Positions 46,593 through 56,338 are shown, counted from the first letter of the stretch. The stretch: 64,000 bases of DNA from Candidatus Uhrbacteria bacterium (GCA_016188425.1 JACPHX010000006.1:28585-92584); one strand, 5' to 3'. Notes: generated by a model from the sequence alone, not told the origin. Program-made: numbers and translations.

Positions 46593-48365
46593 TTATTCCA
46601 AGAACCCTCCCGACTGTATCTCCCACAACTTCCGATACGTCCCTCCTTTTGCAAGCAACTCCTGATGCGATCCTGATTCCACGACTTGGCCTTGGTCTAC
46701 GACGATGACTCGGTCCATCTTGAGGATCGTCGACAGGCGGTGCGCGATGACGACCGCGGTTTTGTTTTCCATGAGCTCGATGAAGGCCTCTTGGATAAGG
46801 TGTTCGGATTCGGAGTCCAGGGATGACGTCGCTTCATCGAGAACAAGAATGGGCGCGTCTTTGAGGATCGCGCGGGCGATGGCGACGCGCTGGCGTTCAC
46901 CGCCGGAGAGTTTTATGCCACGCTCGCCCACCGGCGTGTTATATCCGTCGGGCATGTCCGTGATGAAGTCGTGGCAACGCGCTTCCTTGGCCGCCTGGAT
47001 GACTTCCTCGTCGGTCGCGTCGCGGCGGCCGTAGCGGATATTTTCCATGAGGGTGCGGTGGAACAAGATCGACTCTTGCGGGACGAGCGCGACTTGTTGA
47101 CGGAGACTCTCTTGTGTGACGCGCGCGATGTTCTGGCCGTCGATGAGGATGCGACCCTTCTGTAGGTCATGGAAACGCATCAGCAACTTCACAATGGTTG
47201 ATTTGCCCGCTCCAGACGAACCCACGATCGCCACCTTTTCCTTGGGACGGATGCTCAAATTGAACTGGTCGAGGACCTTCCGTTTGTTGGTATAAGCGAA
47301 GACGACATCCTGGAAATCGATGCGGGCGTTTTTCACCTTCAAAACATCCGCCCCGCGACGGTCGCGGATCTCCTGGGGCATCTTGATGATCTCCACCATC
47401 TCTTTGGACTGGGCCACTGCCTCGTACAAGCGACGCACCATCTTTCCCAGGTCGCCGCTGCGCCAGAAGAGAACCGTGAGATACCCTTGGAACAGCGCGA
47501 AGTCCCCGACCGTCAGCAGCCCCTTCTGCCAGAGGCCAACCGCGTAGTACAGCATGAAAAACTCGATCATGATGATGAGCCCCCATTGGATGGTTTGGTT
47601 CACCTCCGCGATGTTCCAGCTCAAGGTCTGCAGGCGGCGCAGGTCGTCGGTGCGATCCGCGAAGAGACGGCGCTCGTATCCTTGCCCGCCGAAAATCTTC
47701 ACGTTGAGGATGTTCGTCACGGCATCCGACGCGAGGCCGGTGACATCCGCGTCCGCCTTGGCGCTTGCTTCGTCGAATTTCGATTTGTACTTGAATACGT
47801 AGTGGTTCAGCACGGTGAGGACGACGAGCCACGCCAGCACCGCGCCGGAGATGAGCGCGCTCCTAGACCACATGACCACGATGGAACCAGTGACGAAGAT
47901 GAACAGCGGCCAGAGGTTCCAGATGATTTCCTCGGTAACGTCTTCGTAGGAGCGCGAGAGGCGGCGCAGCTTGCGGATCAGGGAACCGACGAACGTGTTG
48001 GCGAAAAACTTTGTCGAGTGGCCAAGGAGGGAGCTGAACCCCGTCCGTTCCAGGTCACGCATGACAAGCGGGGTCGTGTAATTCCAGAGCACGGTCGCGA
48101 CGCGGATGACGAGCCAGCCACCCACGTGGAAGACGAAGATAATGAGCAAGGAATGGATGAGCGCCTGCGCGACATCAGGCGTGGCTGCCGGCGCATCGTA
48201 GAGCGTATCGAAAAACTTCTTGTAATAAATGGGCGCGAACAAGCTCAACGCCTCCCCGATCCCTACCGCCGCGATGATGGCAAATTCCAACCAGAACACC
48301 TCGGCACGGTGCTTCAAAAAAAGCCGCCAGACATCTTGTGCTCTCACGCGGGGTTTCATGCGCAC
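46593..48365 (-). CDS. ABC exporter, fused permease plus ATPase (MsbA/lipid-multidrug type)
   Basis: 6 TM N-terminal domain; Walker A GSSGAGKST, signature LSGGERQRVAIARA, Walker B ILVLDEATS. Confidence 0.8.
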   Translation of the reverse strand: MRMKPRVRAQDVWRLFLKHRAEVFWLEFAIIAAVGIGEALSLFAPIYYKKFFDTLYDAPAATPDVAQALIHSLLIIFVFHVGGWLVIRVATVLWNYTTPLVMRDLERTGFSSLLGHSTKFFANTFVGSLIRKLRRLSRSYEDVTEEIIWNLWPLFIFVTGSIVVMWSRSALISGAVLAWLVVLTVLNHYVFKYKSKFDEASAKADADVTGLASDAVTNILNVKIFGGQGYERRLFADRTDDLRRLQTLSWNIAEVNQTIQWGLIIMIEFFMLYYAVGLWQKGLLTVGDFALFQGYLTVLFWRSGDLGKMVRRLYEAVAQSKEMVEIIKMPQEIRDRRGADVLKVKNARIDFQDVVFAYTNKRKVLDQFNLSIRPKEKVAIVGSSGAGKSTIVKLLMRFHDLQKGRILIDGQNIARVTQESLRQQVALVPQESILFHRTLMENIRYGRRDATDEEVIQAAKEARCHDFITDMPDGYNTPVGERGIKLSGGERQRVAIARAILKDAPILVLDEATSSLDSESEHLIQEAFIELMENKTAVVIAHRLSTILKMDRVIVVDQGQVVESGSHQELLAKGGTYRKLWEIQSGGFLE

Positions 48366-48397
48366 ATTTTATCACGGAACAAAACAAAAATCCCTTT

Positions 48398-49252
48398 TTA
48401 TCGCTGACGTTTCCGTCTCTGTTCATATCGCAACAACGCCTCTGGCGTAGAAACCCAATCCCTCCCCTCTTTGTGCGCTTCCAACTTTCCGGAGCGGGCA
48501 AGCAAATTCAAATATTTTGCCGAGTAGTCACTCTGCCTGCTGAGCGCCTCCAATGCAATGTATCGCTCGCTCTTTTTTGAAGTGGGGCTCAAAGCCCGCA
48601 GATACATATCCAAGGAGCGTTCCGCGCATTGCGCTATGAATCGAACAAGGGGTTCCTTTTTCCCCTCATCCGCTTGCGCAAGCACGCGATCATATTTCTT
48701 TCGATCGTTTTTTAACACGATCGTCAGCGGAAAACCCTCTCGAAGCAACAGTACGTTCATGAGCAGGCGAGAGGTGCGCCCGTTTCCATCAAAAAATGGA
48801 TGGATGGCGGTAAGTTGATGGTGCACCAGCGCGGCGAGCTCGATCGGGTGCAATTCGGTTTGCTGTTTGGTAATCCAGCGAACCAGCTCATGCATCATGC
48901 CGGAAACATCGGTCGCCTCAGGAGGGCGATGCTTCGCACCCGTGATCGCCACCGGGCCATTCCGATACACCCCCGCCCATTCCGGATCGTTCTTTTGCAG
49001 CACCAATTGATGCAACTGCCGAATCAACCGCTCGGAGACCGTCGCGCGATGATCTTTCGCGATCAGCTCATATAAAAACTCCAAAGCGAGCTGATGATCC
49101 TTCGCCTCCAAATGATCTTTCAACGGTTTCCCCTTAATTGTGATCCCCTCCTGGATAACCAGGAACGTCTCATGGAGCGTAAGACTGTTCCCCTCGATGC
49201 CATTTGAATTGTAGGTCATTTCAATTTGAAATTGCTCCTGCAATTTCTTCAC
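48398..49252 (-). CDS. fic: Fic-family protein (class II, intramolecular inhibitory helix), probable AMPylase
   Basis: HPFFDGNGRTSR Fic motif; N-terminal SNGIEGN matches the (S/T)xxxE(G/N) inhibitory motif; C-terminal wHTH-like region. Confidence 0.8.
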   Translation of the reverse strand: MKKLQEQFQIEMTYNSNGIEGNSLTLHETFLVIQEGITIKGKPLKDHLEAKDHQLALEFLYELIAKDHRATVSERLIRQLHQLVLQKNDPEWAGVYRNGPVAITGAKHRPPEATDVSGMMHELVRWITKQQTELHPIELAALVHHQLTAIHPFFDGNGRTSRLLMNVLLLREGFPLTIVLKNDRKKYDRVLAQADEGKKEPLVRFIAQCAERSLDMYLRALSPTSKKSERYIALEALSRQSDYSAKYLNLLARSGKLEAHKEGRDWVSTPEALLRYEQRRKRQR

Positions 49253-49698
49253 GGCCGAGGAAGAAGCGGCCGAAGCGTATTCAATCGTTTCAGCTTTTCA
49301 TCGATCCTCTCTCGTAATTGCTCTGAGATAAGTGCCATAATCCTTAATATGGTTTACTTGCTTTTTGACACTATACCATATTAAGGAAAACAGCTCAATA
49401 CTCGCGATAACTCGTTCATCTTCACACAAAACAAAAATCCCTTCCGCGCACATCACCAAAGTGACGAGCGAGGAAGGGATCCCGACCGGCGCGTTCAAGA
49501 CGATGAGCGTGTGGTGCCAATCGGGAACGAGATGGTAATTGAAGAATGCAGGAGTACCTCGTCACTGCCATGTGGCAGACAGCTATTGGGGAAAATGCCC
49601 AGCAAAATGAAGAAAGGATGGCTTTTCCTCCTTCAGCGGGATTCCCCAATAAGCTAGTAAAATAGCATAAAATGGGGGGTTTATCAATCGGCGGGGAT

Positions 49699-49784
49699 GG
49701 TTCGCAAGGGTTTCAAGGGTGACAAGAGTCTCAAGGGCATGTTTTTCCAAGTGCGCTTGCAACCCTTGAAACCCTTCCCCCTCC
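49699..49784. repeat. CAAGG-type short-tandem-repeat element, inverted pair, immediately upstream of the topA promoter
   Basis: ggttcgcaagggtttcaagggtgacaagagtctcaagggc ... gcgcttgcaacccttgaaacccttccccctcc; followed by TTGACT-N16-TAGAAT. Confidence 0.65.
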
Positions 49785-49857
49785 TTCCTTGACTTCCCCT
49801 CTCCTCTACGTAGAATCTCCTCCCATCGGGTACAATGTCCTCCAATAACCGCTCCAC

Positions 49858-52158
49858 ATGTACAAACTTCTCATCGTCGAGTCTCCGACAAAAGCCAAAA
49901 CGATTTCCAAATACCTCGGGAAGGACTACAGGGTCCTTTCTTCCTTTGGCCATGTCCGTGACTTGCCAAAAAACGAAACCGGGGTCGATACAGAGCATGG
50001 ATTCACGCCCACCTATATCGTCCCGGACAAGAGCAAAGGACATGTTGCAGAACTCAAAGCCGCTGCCAAGAACGCGAGCGAAATCCTCCTGGCGACCGAC
50101 GAAGACCGCGAAGGGGAAGCGATTGCCTGGCATATAGCCAGTATTCTGGATGTTCCCACCTCCAAAATGAAACGCATCACGTTCCATGAAATCACCAAGG
50201 CCGCGGTGGACAAGGCCGTGGAGCATCCGCGCGCCATCGATGAGAATCTGGTGAACGCCCAGCAGGCGCGTCGCATCGTCGACCGCCTGGTTGGCTACGA
50301 GCTCTCCCCTCTTTTATGGACCTTCGTGCAACGCGGGCTTTCCGCCGGACGCGTGCAATCCGTCGCGATGCGCATCATCGTGGAACGCGAGCGCGAACGC
50401 AATGCGTTTAAGAAAGATGAGTACTGGACGATCGATGCGATGTTTGCAAAAGACGCGCAGGAGTTTGAAGGAAAGCTTCAGTCCATCGATGGGAAGGCGC
50501 TGGAGAAACTGACGATCGGGAATGAGATAGACGCGAAAAAAATCGAGTCCGACCTTCAGGGGGCGACATACTCGGTCGCCAACATTGAAAAGAAGGAGGT
50601 AAAAAAATCCCCGGTTCCTCCGTTCACCACTTCCACGCTCCAAATCGAAGGCAACAACAAGCTTGGCTTCTCCGCGAAGCAGACGATGATGTACGCGCAG
50701 CACCTCTACGAAACCGGCCGCATCACCTACATGCGTACCGATTCGGTGAACATGTCCGATGCGTTCATCGACGCGACGCAAACGTACGCGAAAAAACATT
50801 TCGGTGAGGCGTATGTCACGGGGGGTCAACGGTACAAGACCAACAAGAAGGGCGCCCAGGAAGCCCACGAAGCGATCCGTCCTTCCAACGTCGAGGACTC
50901 CCCGCTCTCGCTCAAGAGTTCTTTGGTTGGCAATGAATGGAAACTCTACGACCTCATCTGGCGCCGCGCCGTGGGTTCCCAGCTTCCGCCGGCCGTCATG
51001 GAACGCACCGCGGTCGACATCAAAGCCAGGCAATACAACTTCCGCGCCAACGGCAATACCGTCGTCTTCGACGGCTTTACGAAAGTCTACCGCGCCGGAA
51101 AAGAAACCTTCCTCCCTCCGCTCGCGCTCGGCGACGCGGTCGATTTGAGGTCCCTCAAGCCAGAGCAGCATTTCACCGAACCTCCTCCGCGATACTCTGA
51201 CGCTTCCCTCGTCAAACTCCTTGAAGAGCATGGGGTCGGCCGTCCGTCGACCTACGCGCCGACCATCAGCACCGTGATCGACCGCGGATACGTCGAACGC
51301 GATGAACAGAAGAAGCTGTTCCCGACCGACACCGCCTTTGTGGTGAACGACCTCCTTGTTGCCCACTTCCCCTCAATCGTCGATATCGGCTTCACCTCCA
51401 AGCTGGAAGGCCAGCTCGACGAAGTCGCCGACGGCGAGCTCGCGTGGGTGCCGATGCTTGAGGCGTTCTACACTCCCTTCCATCAACAGATCGAAACGAA
51501 AAAAACCAATCTCAAACGCACGGACGCCATGAAGGAAAAAACGCTCGGCGATGACCCGGCAACGAAGCTCCCCATCTACGTGAAGACCGGCAAGTTTGGA
51601 ACGTACCTTCAAATCGGTGAGGCCGTGAAGGGACAACCGAAACCCAAATCCATCACGCTCCCTAAACCTTACTCCTACGAGACCGTCACCTTTTCCGATG
51701 CGATCACCTTCCTCTCCCTCCCGCGCGCGCTTGGGAACACAACCGAAGGCGAACCTATGGAAGCAACGATTGGCCGCTTTGGCCCTTACATCAAAGCAGG
51801 AAAAGTGAATGCGTCGATCCCGCCCGAGAAGGATCTCTTTGCGCTCACCCACGAGGAAGCGCTCCAAATCCTCAAAGACGCGATCGAGCTCAAGCGCCAG
51901 CAGACCACCCCCATGAATACGCTCGGCACAGACCCCGCCGGCGCCACTATCCTGGTCAAGAACGGCCGCTTCGGCCCGTATGTGACGGATGGGACGACGA
52001 ACTGCTCCGTGCCCAAGGCGATAGACCCGATGTCAATCACGCTCGAGAAAGCGCTGGACATGCTCCAAAAGAAGCGGGAGAAAGGGCCAAGCCGATGGGG
52101 GAACCGAGGAGGAGCGAAGAAGAAAGCGGAAGCGACAAAGAAGAGAAAGAAGGAATAA
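49858..52158 (+). CDS. topA: DNA topoisomerase I (no C-terminal zinc-ribbon cluster; Lys-rich tail)
   Basis: MYKLLIVESPTKAKTISKYLG...Toprim plus catalytic Tyr region; ends KKKAEATKKRKKE. Confidence 0.9.
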   Translation: MYKLLIVESPTKAKTISKYLGKDYRVLSSFGHVRDLPKNETGVDTEHGFTPTYIVPDKSKGHVAELKAAAKNASEILLATDEDREGEAIAWHIASILDVPTSKMKRITFHEITKAAVDKAVEHPRAIDENLVNAQQARRIVDRLVGYELSPLLWTFVQRGLSAGRVQSVAMRIIVERERERNAFKKDEYWTIDAMFAKDAQEFEGKLQSIDGKALEKLTIGNEIDAKKIESDLQGATYSVANIEKKEVKKSPVPPFTTSTLQIEGNNKLGFSAKQTMMYAQHLYETGRITYMRTDSVNMSDAFIDATQTYAKKHFGEAYVTGGQRYKTNKKGAQEAHEAIRPSNVEDSPLSLKSSLVGNEWKLYDLIWRRAVGSQLPPAVMERTAVDIKARQYNFRANGNTVVFDGFTKVYRAGKETFLPPLALGDAVDLRSLKPEQHFTEPPPRYSDASLVKLLEEHGVGRPSTYAPTISTVIDRGYVERDEQKKLFPTDTAFVVNDLLVAHFPSIVDIGFTSKLEGQLDEVADGELAWVPMLEAFYTPFHQQIETKKTNLKRTDAMKEKTLGDDPATKLPIYVKTGKFGTYLQIGEAVKGQPKPKSITLPKPYSYETVTFSDAITFLSLPRALGNTTEGEPMEATIGRFGPYIKAGKVNASIPPEKDLFALTHEEALQILKDAIELKRQQTTPMNTLGTDPAGATILVKNGRFGPYVTDGTTNCSVPKAIDPMSITLEKALDMLQKKREKGPSRWGNRGGAKKKAEATKKRKKE

Positions 52159-52176
52159 AATCTTCTCTTCATCAAA

Positions 52177-52210
52177 TAGGCGGGGTCCCCAGACCCCGCC
52201 TATTTTTTGT
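52177..52210 (+). terminator. Rho-independent terminator after topA
   Basis: aataggcggggtccccagaccccgcctattttttgtg. Confidence 0.7.
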
Positions 52211-52471
52211 GCATCGTTTTCGCAATACTCAGATCACTATAAACCACCACCCAATCCATCTTGCACACCACACCGAGAGCCGGTAGGTAATGGCTCCAAA
52301 TGACGTGTACGCCGGATCCGCATTCGTCACGAGCACCTCCGCCTCAAGCCCCCCCAGACCTTGTCCTTATCGCCAGGACTTTGTATGTTGGATGTATTGC
52401 TGTGGTTTTATTTTTCCCAAACCAACATTTCAACCCTTTCTCCCCTTTCCGCCCTTTCAGCCCTTGCTTTT

Positions 52472-53992
52472 ATGTCCGAAATCCTCCGCACCTACCCAGA
52501 ACTCGCGGCCCTCATCGAAAAACGGTACAAACAACCGGACCTTGATTTGGTTGCGCGCGCGTACCAGCTGGCCGCCAAGGCGCACGGGGACGAAAAACGG
52601 TCGTCTGGGACGCCCTACATCATCCATCCGCTCGCAGTGGCATACAAATTGGCAGATATGGGCATCCACCTCAATGTGGTCGCCGCAGGACTCTTACACG
52701 ATGTCGTGGAGGACACCGGCGTCACGCTCGAGGACGTACGAAGGGAGTTCGGAGATGACATCGCGATGCTGGTGGACAGCGTCACCAAGCTCAAGCATGT
52801 CCGCTACCAAGGGGTAGAGCGCTATGTCGAGAACATGCGCAAGATGTTCCTCGCCATGGCCAGCGACGTGCGCGTGGTGTTCATCAAGTTCGCCGACCGC
52901 CTCCACAACATGCAGACGCTCTACGCGATGCCCAAGCACACCCAGCAACGCACCGCGGCCGAGACGATGGAAATATACGCCCCGATCGCCGGACGTCTCG
53001 GCATGGGTGAATTCAAGGGGGAAATGGAGGACCTGTCGTTTGCGTATCTGCATCCAAAAGAATACGAACGGATGCAACGCATCATGCAGACGCGGGTCCG
53101 CGAAAAAGGGGTGTATGTAAGCCGCATCATCGACCATACGGAAAAACTCCTCGAAGGGTCCGGGGTCGTGGATGCGCAAGTGCATGGCCGCATCAAACGC
53201 CTGTGGAGCTTATACAAAAAACTGAATAAATATCACGACGAAATCTCCAAGGTCTACGATATCATCGCGGTGCGCGTCATCGTGAAGGATGTGGAGGAAT
53301 GCTATATCGTCCTTGGGATCATCCATCAAAAATGGCGTCCCGTCCCCGGCCGTATCAAAGACTATATCTCCCAGCCCAAACCCAACGGCTACCAATCGCT
53401 CCACACCACTGTCTTTGCCAGCGACGGGGAAATCGTCGAGTTCCAGATACGCACGACGGAAATGCACGACCAGGCCGAATACGGTATTGCGTCCCACTGG
53501 AGCTACAAAGAAGATGAAAAATCCCCCAAGCGCCTCAAATGGATGCAGGAACTCGCCTCATTGCAAAAGGCGCTCGATAACAAGAAAGAATTCCTCGACC
53601 AGCTCGAGCATATGAAAATTGACGTGTTCCGCGACCGTATCTTCGTCTTCACGCCCGGCGGCGACGTCATCGACCTCCCGGAAGGGGCCACGCCGGTGGA
53701 TTTCGCCTATGCGATCCACACCGATATCGGCAACGCATGCACGGCCGTCAAGATAAACACCGTCGTGAAAAACCTCGATACGCCGCTGCGTTCAAGCGAC
53801 ATGGTGGAAATCATCACGGACAAAAATCGCAAAAGCCCGAATGCGGATTGGTTGAAATTCGTCAAAACGCGCCATGCAGCCAAAAAAATCCAGGAGGCGA
53901 CAAAAATAGGCGTCAAACGGTGGTTTGTGAATGTCCTGCGCCGAGGAAAAAGGACGTCGGAAAAACAGCCGCCTGCTCATCAAACGCCATGA
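52472..53992 (+). CDS. rel: Bifunctional (p)ppGpp synthetase/hydrolase, RSH family (HD plus synthetase plus TGS; no ACT domain)
   Basis: HD motif HPLAVAYKLADMGIHLNVVAAGLLHDVVED; synthetase RVKDYISQPKPNGYQSLHTTV; TGS DRIFVFTPGGDVIDLPEGATPVDFAY. Confidence 0.85.
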   Translation: MSEILRTYPELAALIEKRYKQPDLDLVARAYQLAAKAHGDEKRSSGTPYIIHPLAVAYKLADMGIHLNVVAAGLLHDVVEDTGVTLEDVRREFGDDIAMLVDSVTKLKHVRYQGVERYVENMRKMFLAMASDVRVVFIKFADRLHNMQTLYAMPKHTQQRTAAETMEIYAPIAGRLGMGEFKGEMEDLSFAYLHPKEYERMQRIMQTRVREKGVYVSRIIDHTEKLLEGSGVVDAQVHGRIKRLWSLYKKLNKYHDEISKVYDIIAVRVIVKDVEECYIVLGIIHQKWRPVPGRIKDYISQPKPNGYQSLHTTVFASDGEIVEFQIRTTEMHDQAEYGIASHWSYKEDEKSPKRLKWMQELASLQKALDNKKEFLDQLEHMKIDVFRDRIFVFTPGGDVIDLPEGATPVDFAYAIHTDIGNACTAVKINTVVKNLDTPLRSSDMVEIITDKNRKSPNADWLKFVKTRHAAKKIQEATKIGVKRWFVNVLRRGKRTSEKQPPAHQTP

Positions 53993-54837
53993 AGCGTCCG
54001 CAACAGCTCCACGAGCTCCTCGGGCGAATAATATTCGATTTCCACTTTCCCTTTCCCCCCCTTATCTGCAATCGTCACTTTTGTGCCGTATTTTTCACGT
54101 AACTGCTGTTCGTGCGCCAGGATGTTCGCACCTTTCTCTTGGATGAGGCGTGGATTCTTCCGATTCCCTGGAGACGAAGCAACCTTCGCCGCCATCGATT
54201 GCACCGTCATACCGCCATCAAGAAGACAGGCAAAGAGATGGTTCCGCTTGTCCGCATCAAGTTCCGAGAGCAGCGTGCGCCCCTGGGATTTGCTGATGCG
54301 CCCGTCGCGCACGGCCTCAACCATCTCGGGCGGGAGATCCAGAAGGCGCATCGTATTGGCGATGACCGGACGGCTCTTTCCCACCCGCGACGCGACTTGA
54401 TCTTGTGTGAGGTTGAATTCGTCGATGAGGGCGCGATAAGCGATCGCTTCTTCGATGGCATTCAAATCCTGCCGCTGGATGTTTTCGATAAGCGCCAGCT
54501 CCAATTTATCCTGCTCCCCCGCCTCACGCACGATTACCGGAATCGTCTTCTGCTGCGCGAGCTTGGAGGAACGCAAACGCCGTTCACCCGCGATCAGCTC
54601 GTACCGGCCGTCCATCTTTTTCGTCACGATGATCGGCTGCAACACTCCATGCTCTTTGATGGAGGCGACGAGGTTCTCCAAATCCTCCGGCGCAAAATCG
54701 TGCCGCGGCTGGCGCGGGTTAGGGTCGATCAGCATCGGGTCAACCTCAAGGATCTCCCGCCGCGACTGCGGGAGCACCTGTTCCGTCATCGTCTGCTTTT
54801 GCGGGATCAAGGAACCGAGGCCACGACCGAGAGCCAT
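53980..54837 (-). CDS. parB: Chromosome partitioning protein ParB
   Basis: MALGRGLGSLIP... canonical ParB start; ParB-box region GERRLRSSKLAQ; HTH. The ORF upstream extension runs through a repeat arm. Confidence 0.8.
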   Translation of the reverse strand: MALGRGLGSLIPQKQTMTEQVLPQSRREILEVDPMLIDPNPRQPRHDFAPEDLENLVASIKEHGVLQPIIVTKKMDGRYELIAGERRLRSSKLAQQKTIPVIVREAGEQDKLELALIENIQRQDLNAIEEAIAYRALIDEFNLTQDQVASRVGKSRPVIANTMRLLDLPPEMVEAVRDGRISKSQGRTLLSELDADKRNHLFACLLDGGMTVQSMAAKVASSPGNRKNPRLIQEKGANILAHEQQLREKYGTKVTIADKGGKGKVEIEYYSPEELVELLRTLHGV

Positions 54838-54847
54838 ATGGGTGAAA

Positions 54848-54986
54848 ATTAAGGGCGCAAAGGGCGCAGGAGGTCCAAGGGGCGCAAGGGGAGGGATGAG
54901 AAACACGAAGTCGAAAGTGTAATGCGCGCTTGCTCGCCTATATTCCTGCGCCCCTTGGACCCCTTGCGCCTCTTGCGCCTTCCTTA
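54848..54986. repeat. CAAGG-type short-tandem-repeat element, inverted pair (GGGCGCAAG 9-mers) between parA and parB
   Basis: aagggcgcaaagggcgcaggaggtccaaggggcgcaagggg ... cctgcgccccttggaccccttgcgcctcttgcgcc. Confidence 0.65.
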
Positions 54987-55751
54987 TCCTCCATCCTTCA
55001 TCAAAAACTCCTGCGCCAACCGTTCGTACGCGCGCGCGGCTTTTGAGTACTTATCATACCCCAAAATCGTCTTTCCAAACGAGGGGGCCTCGGCGAGACG
55101 GACGCTTCTTGGGATGACAGAGCGAAAGATGCGATTGGGAAAATACTTGTAGAGCTCTTCCAGGACTTCTTTGGAAAGCCGTGTACGCGAGTCGTACATG
55201 GTAATGACCGCCCCCATAACCACGAGTTCCGGGCGTAATCCACCCTGGATAAGACCGATTGTCTCCATCAGTTGTCCAAGCCCCTCAAGGGCGTAGTATT
55301 CCGCTTGAACCGGGATGAGAACGGAATCGGATGCAACGAACCCATTGAGCGTGATGAGACCCAGGGAAGGAGGCAGGTCGATGAAAATGTAATCGTAGTT
55401 GTTACGGATCTCCCGCAGGGCGTTACGGACGTACTGTTCTCGGTTCTCCGCCGTGACCAATTCGACCGCAGCCGCAGCGAGAGCCGCTGTAGAGGGGAGA
55501 ATGTGCAGACCTTCATGTGGTGTCTCATGGATGATATCCGCGGCCTTGCAACTCCCCGAGAGACATTCGTAAATCCCCTGCGTGAGCGCCTTATGGTCTA
55601 TCCCCAGCCCCGAAGATGCATTCGCCTGCGGATCCAAATCGACGACCAATACGAACTTCCCCAGTTCAGCCAAAAAAGCCGCCAAATTCACCGTGGTGGT
55701 AGTTTTCCCCACCCCCCCCTTCTGGTTCGCAACCGCAATCACATGTGCCAT
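54984..55751 (-). CDS. parA: Chromosome partitioning ATPase ParA/Soj
   Basis: IAVANQKGGVGKTTTTVNLAAFLA deviant Walker A; full-length ParA. Confidence 0.85.
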   Translation of the reverse strand: MAHVIAVANQKGGVGKTTTTVNLAAFLAELGKFVLVVDLDPQANASSGLGIDHKALTQGIYECLSGSCKAADIIHETPHEGLHILPSTAALAAAAVELVTAENREQYVRNALREIRNNYDYIFIDLPPSLGLITLNGFVASDSVLIPVQAEYYALEGLGQLMETIGLIQGGLRPELVVMGAVITMYDSRTRLSKEVLEELYKYFPNRIFRSVIPRSVRLAEAPSFGKTILGYDKYSKAARAYERLAQEFLMKDGG

Positions 55752-55815
55752 ACGGGGGCATTATAGGAGAGAGGGAGGGAAAAGGGAATACAAAAACATT
55801 CTTCGTTGAAGAAGA

Positions 55816-55836
55816 ATGTTTTTGGTAGCTGGGGTG
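55816..55836 (-). repeat. 21-nt duplicate of the tRNA-Met 3' end (CGATTCCCACCCCAGCTACCA)
   Basis: tggtagctggggtgggaatcg identical to 55926-55946; flanked by two terminator-like perfect hairpins (55792-55824 and 55882-55915). Confidence 0.7.
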
Positions 55837-55925
55837 GGAATCGCCAGGCGAAGCCTGGTCCGGCTCCGCCGGAAACCCACGACATGGACATAATAAAACC
55901 CCTGTCATAAGACAGAGGTTTTATT

Positions 55926-56002
55926 TGGTAGCTGGGGTGGGAATCGAACCCACGACCTCGGGCTTATGAGTCCCGCGCTCTAACCGATTGAGCTACCCAG
56001 CC
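55926..56002 (-). tRNA. tRNA-Met (CAT), elongator-type, CCA encoded
   Basis: rc GGCTGGGTAGCTCAATCGGTTAGAGCGCGGGACTCATAAGCCCGAGGTCGTGGGTTCGATTCCCACCCCAGCTACCA; resembles E. coli elongator tRNA-Met. Confidence 0.8.
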
Positions 56003-56088
56003 GCGCATCATGTAGGGTGCACGGCAAGCCGTGGACCCGGTGGGGAGTACAACTGTTACATGGCGTGCCATGGACCCTACGTGGTCCG

Positions 56089-56176
56089 TGGTGCCGGAAG
56101 AGGGAATCGAACCCTCATGATGTTGCCATCGCAGGATTTTGAGTCCTGTGCGTCTACCAATTCCGCCATCCCGGCA
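56089..56176 (-). tRNA. tRNA-Leu (CAA), long variable arm, CCA encoded
   Basis: rc GCCGGGATGGCGGAATTGGTAGACGCACAGGACTCAAAATCCTGCGATGGCAACATCATGAGGGTTCGATTCCCTCTTCCGGCACCA. Confidence 0.85.
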
Positions 56177-56228
56177 TGGTGACAGGATACTAACAAAATA
56201 TGAGGATCCGTGTCCAGGTGTTTTTCCT

Positions 56229-56257
56229 TGACATCCCCCCCTTCTTCCCCGATACTA
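56229..56257 (+). promoter_or_regulatory. Sigma70-like promoter TTGACA-N17-GATACT for initiator tRNA
   Basis: cttgacatcccccccttcttccccgatact, about 5 nt upstream of the tRNA 5' end. Confidence 0.5.
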
Positions 56258-56261
56258 CCGG

Positions 56262-56338
56262 CGCGGGGTAGAGCAGCCTGGCAGCTCGTTTGGCTCATAA
56301 CCAAAAGGTCGTCGGTTCAAATCCGACCCCCGCAACCA
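56262..56338 (+). tRNA. Initiator tRNA-fMet (CAT), CCA encoded
   Basis: CGCGGGGTAGAGCAGCCTGGCAGCTCGTTTGGCTCATAACCAAAAGGTCGTCGGTTCAAATCCGACCCCCGCAACCA; C1 opposite A72 (unpaired) is the initiator hallmark; terminator hairpin follows. Confidence 0.8.

Noticed and set aside
49298-49498. 66-aa minus-strand ORF upstream of fic as a possible partner/antitoxin
   Set aside because: Starts with TTG, no RBS, no recognisable motif, and the Fic is class II (self-inhibited); left unannotated.
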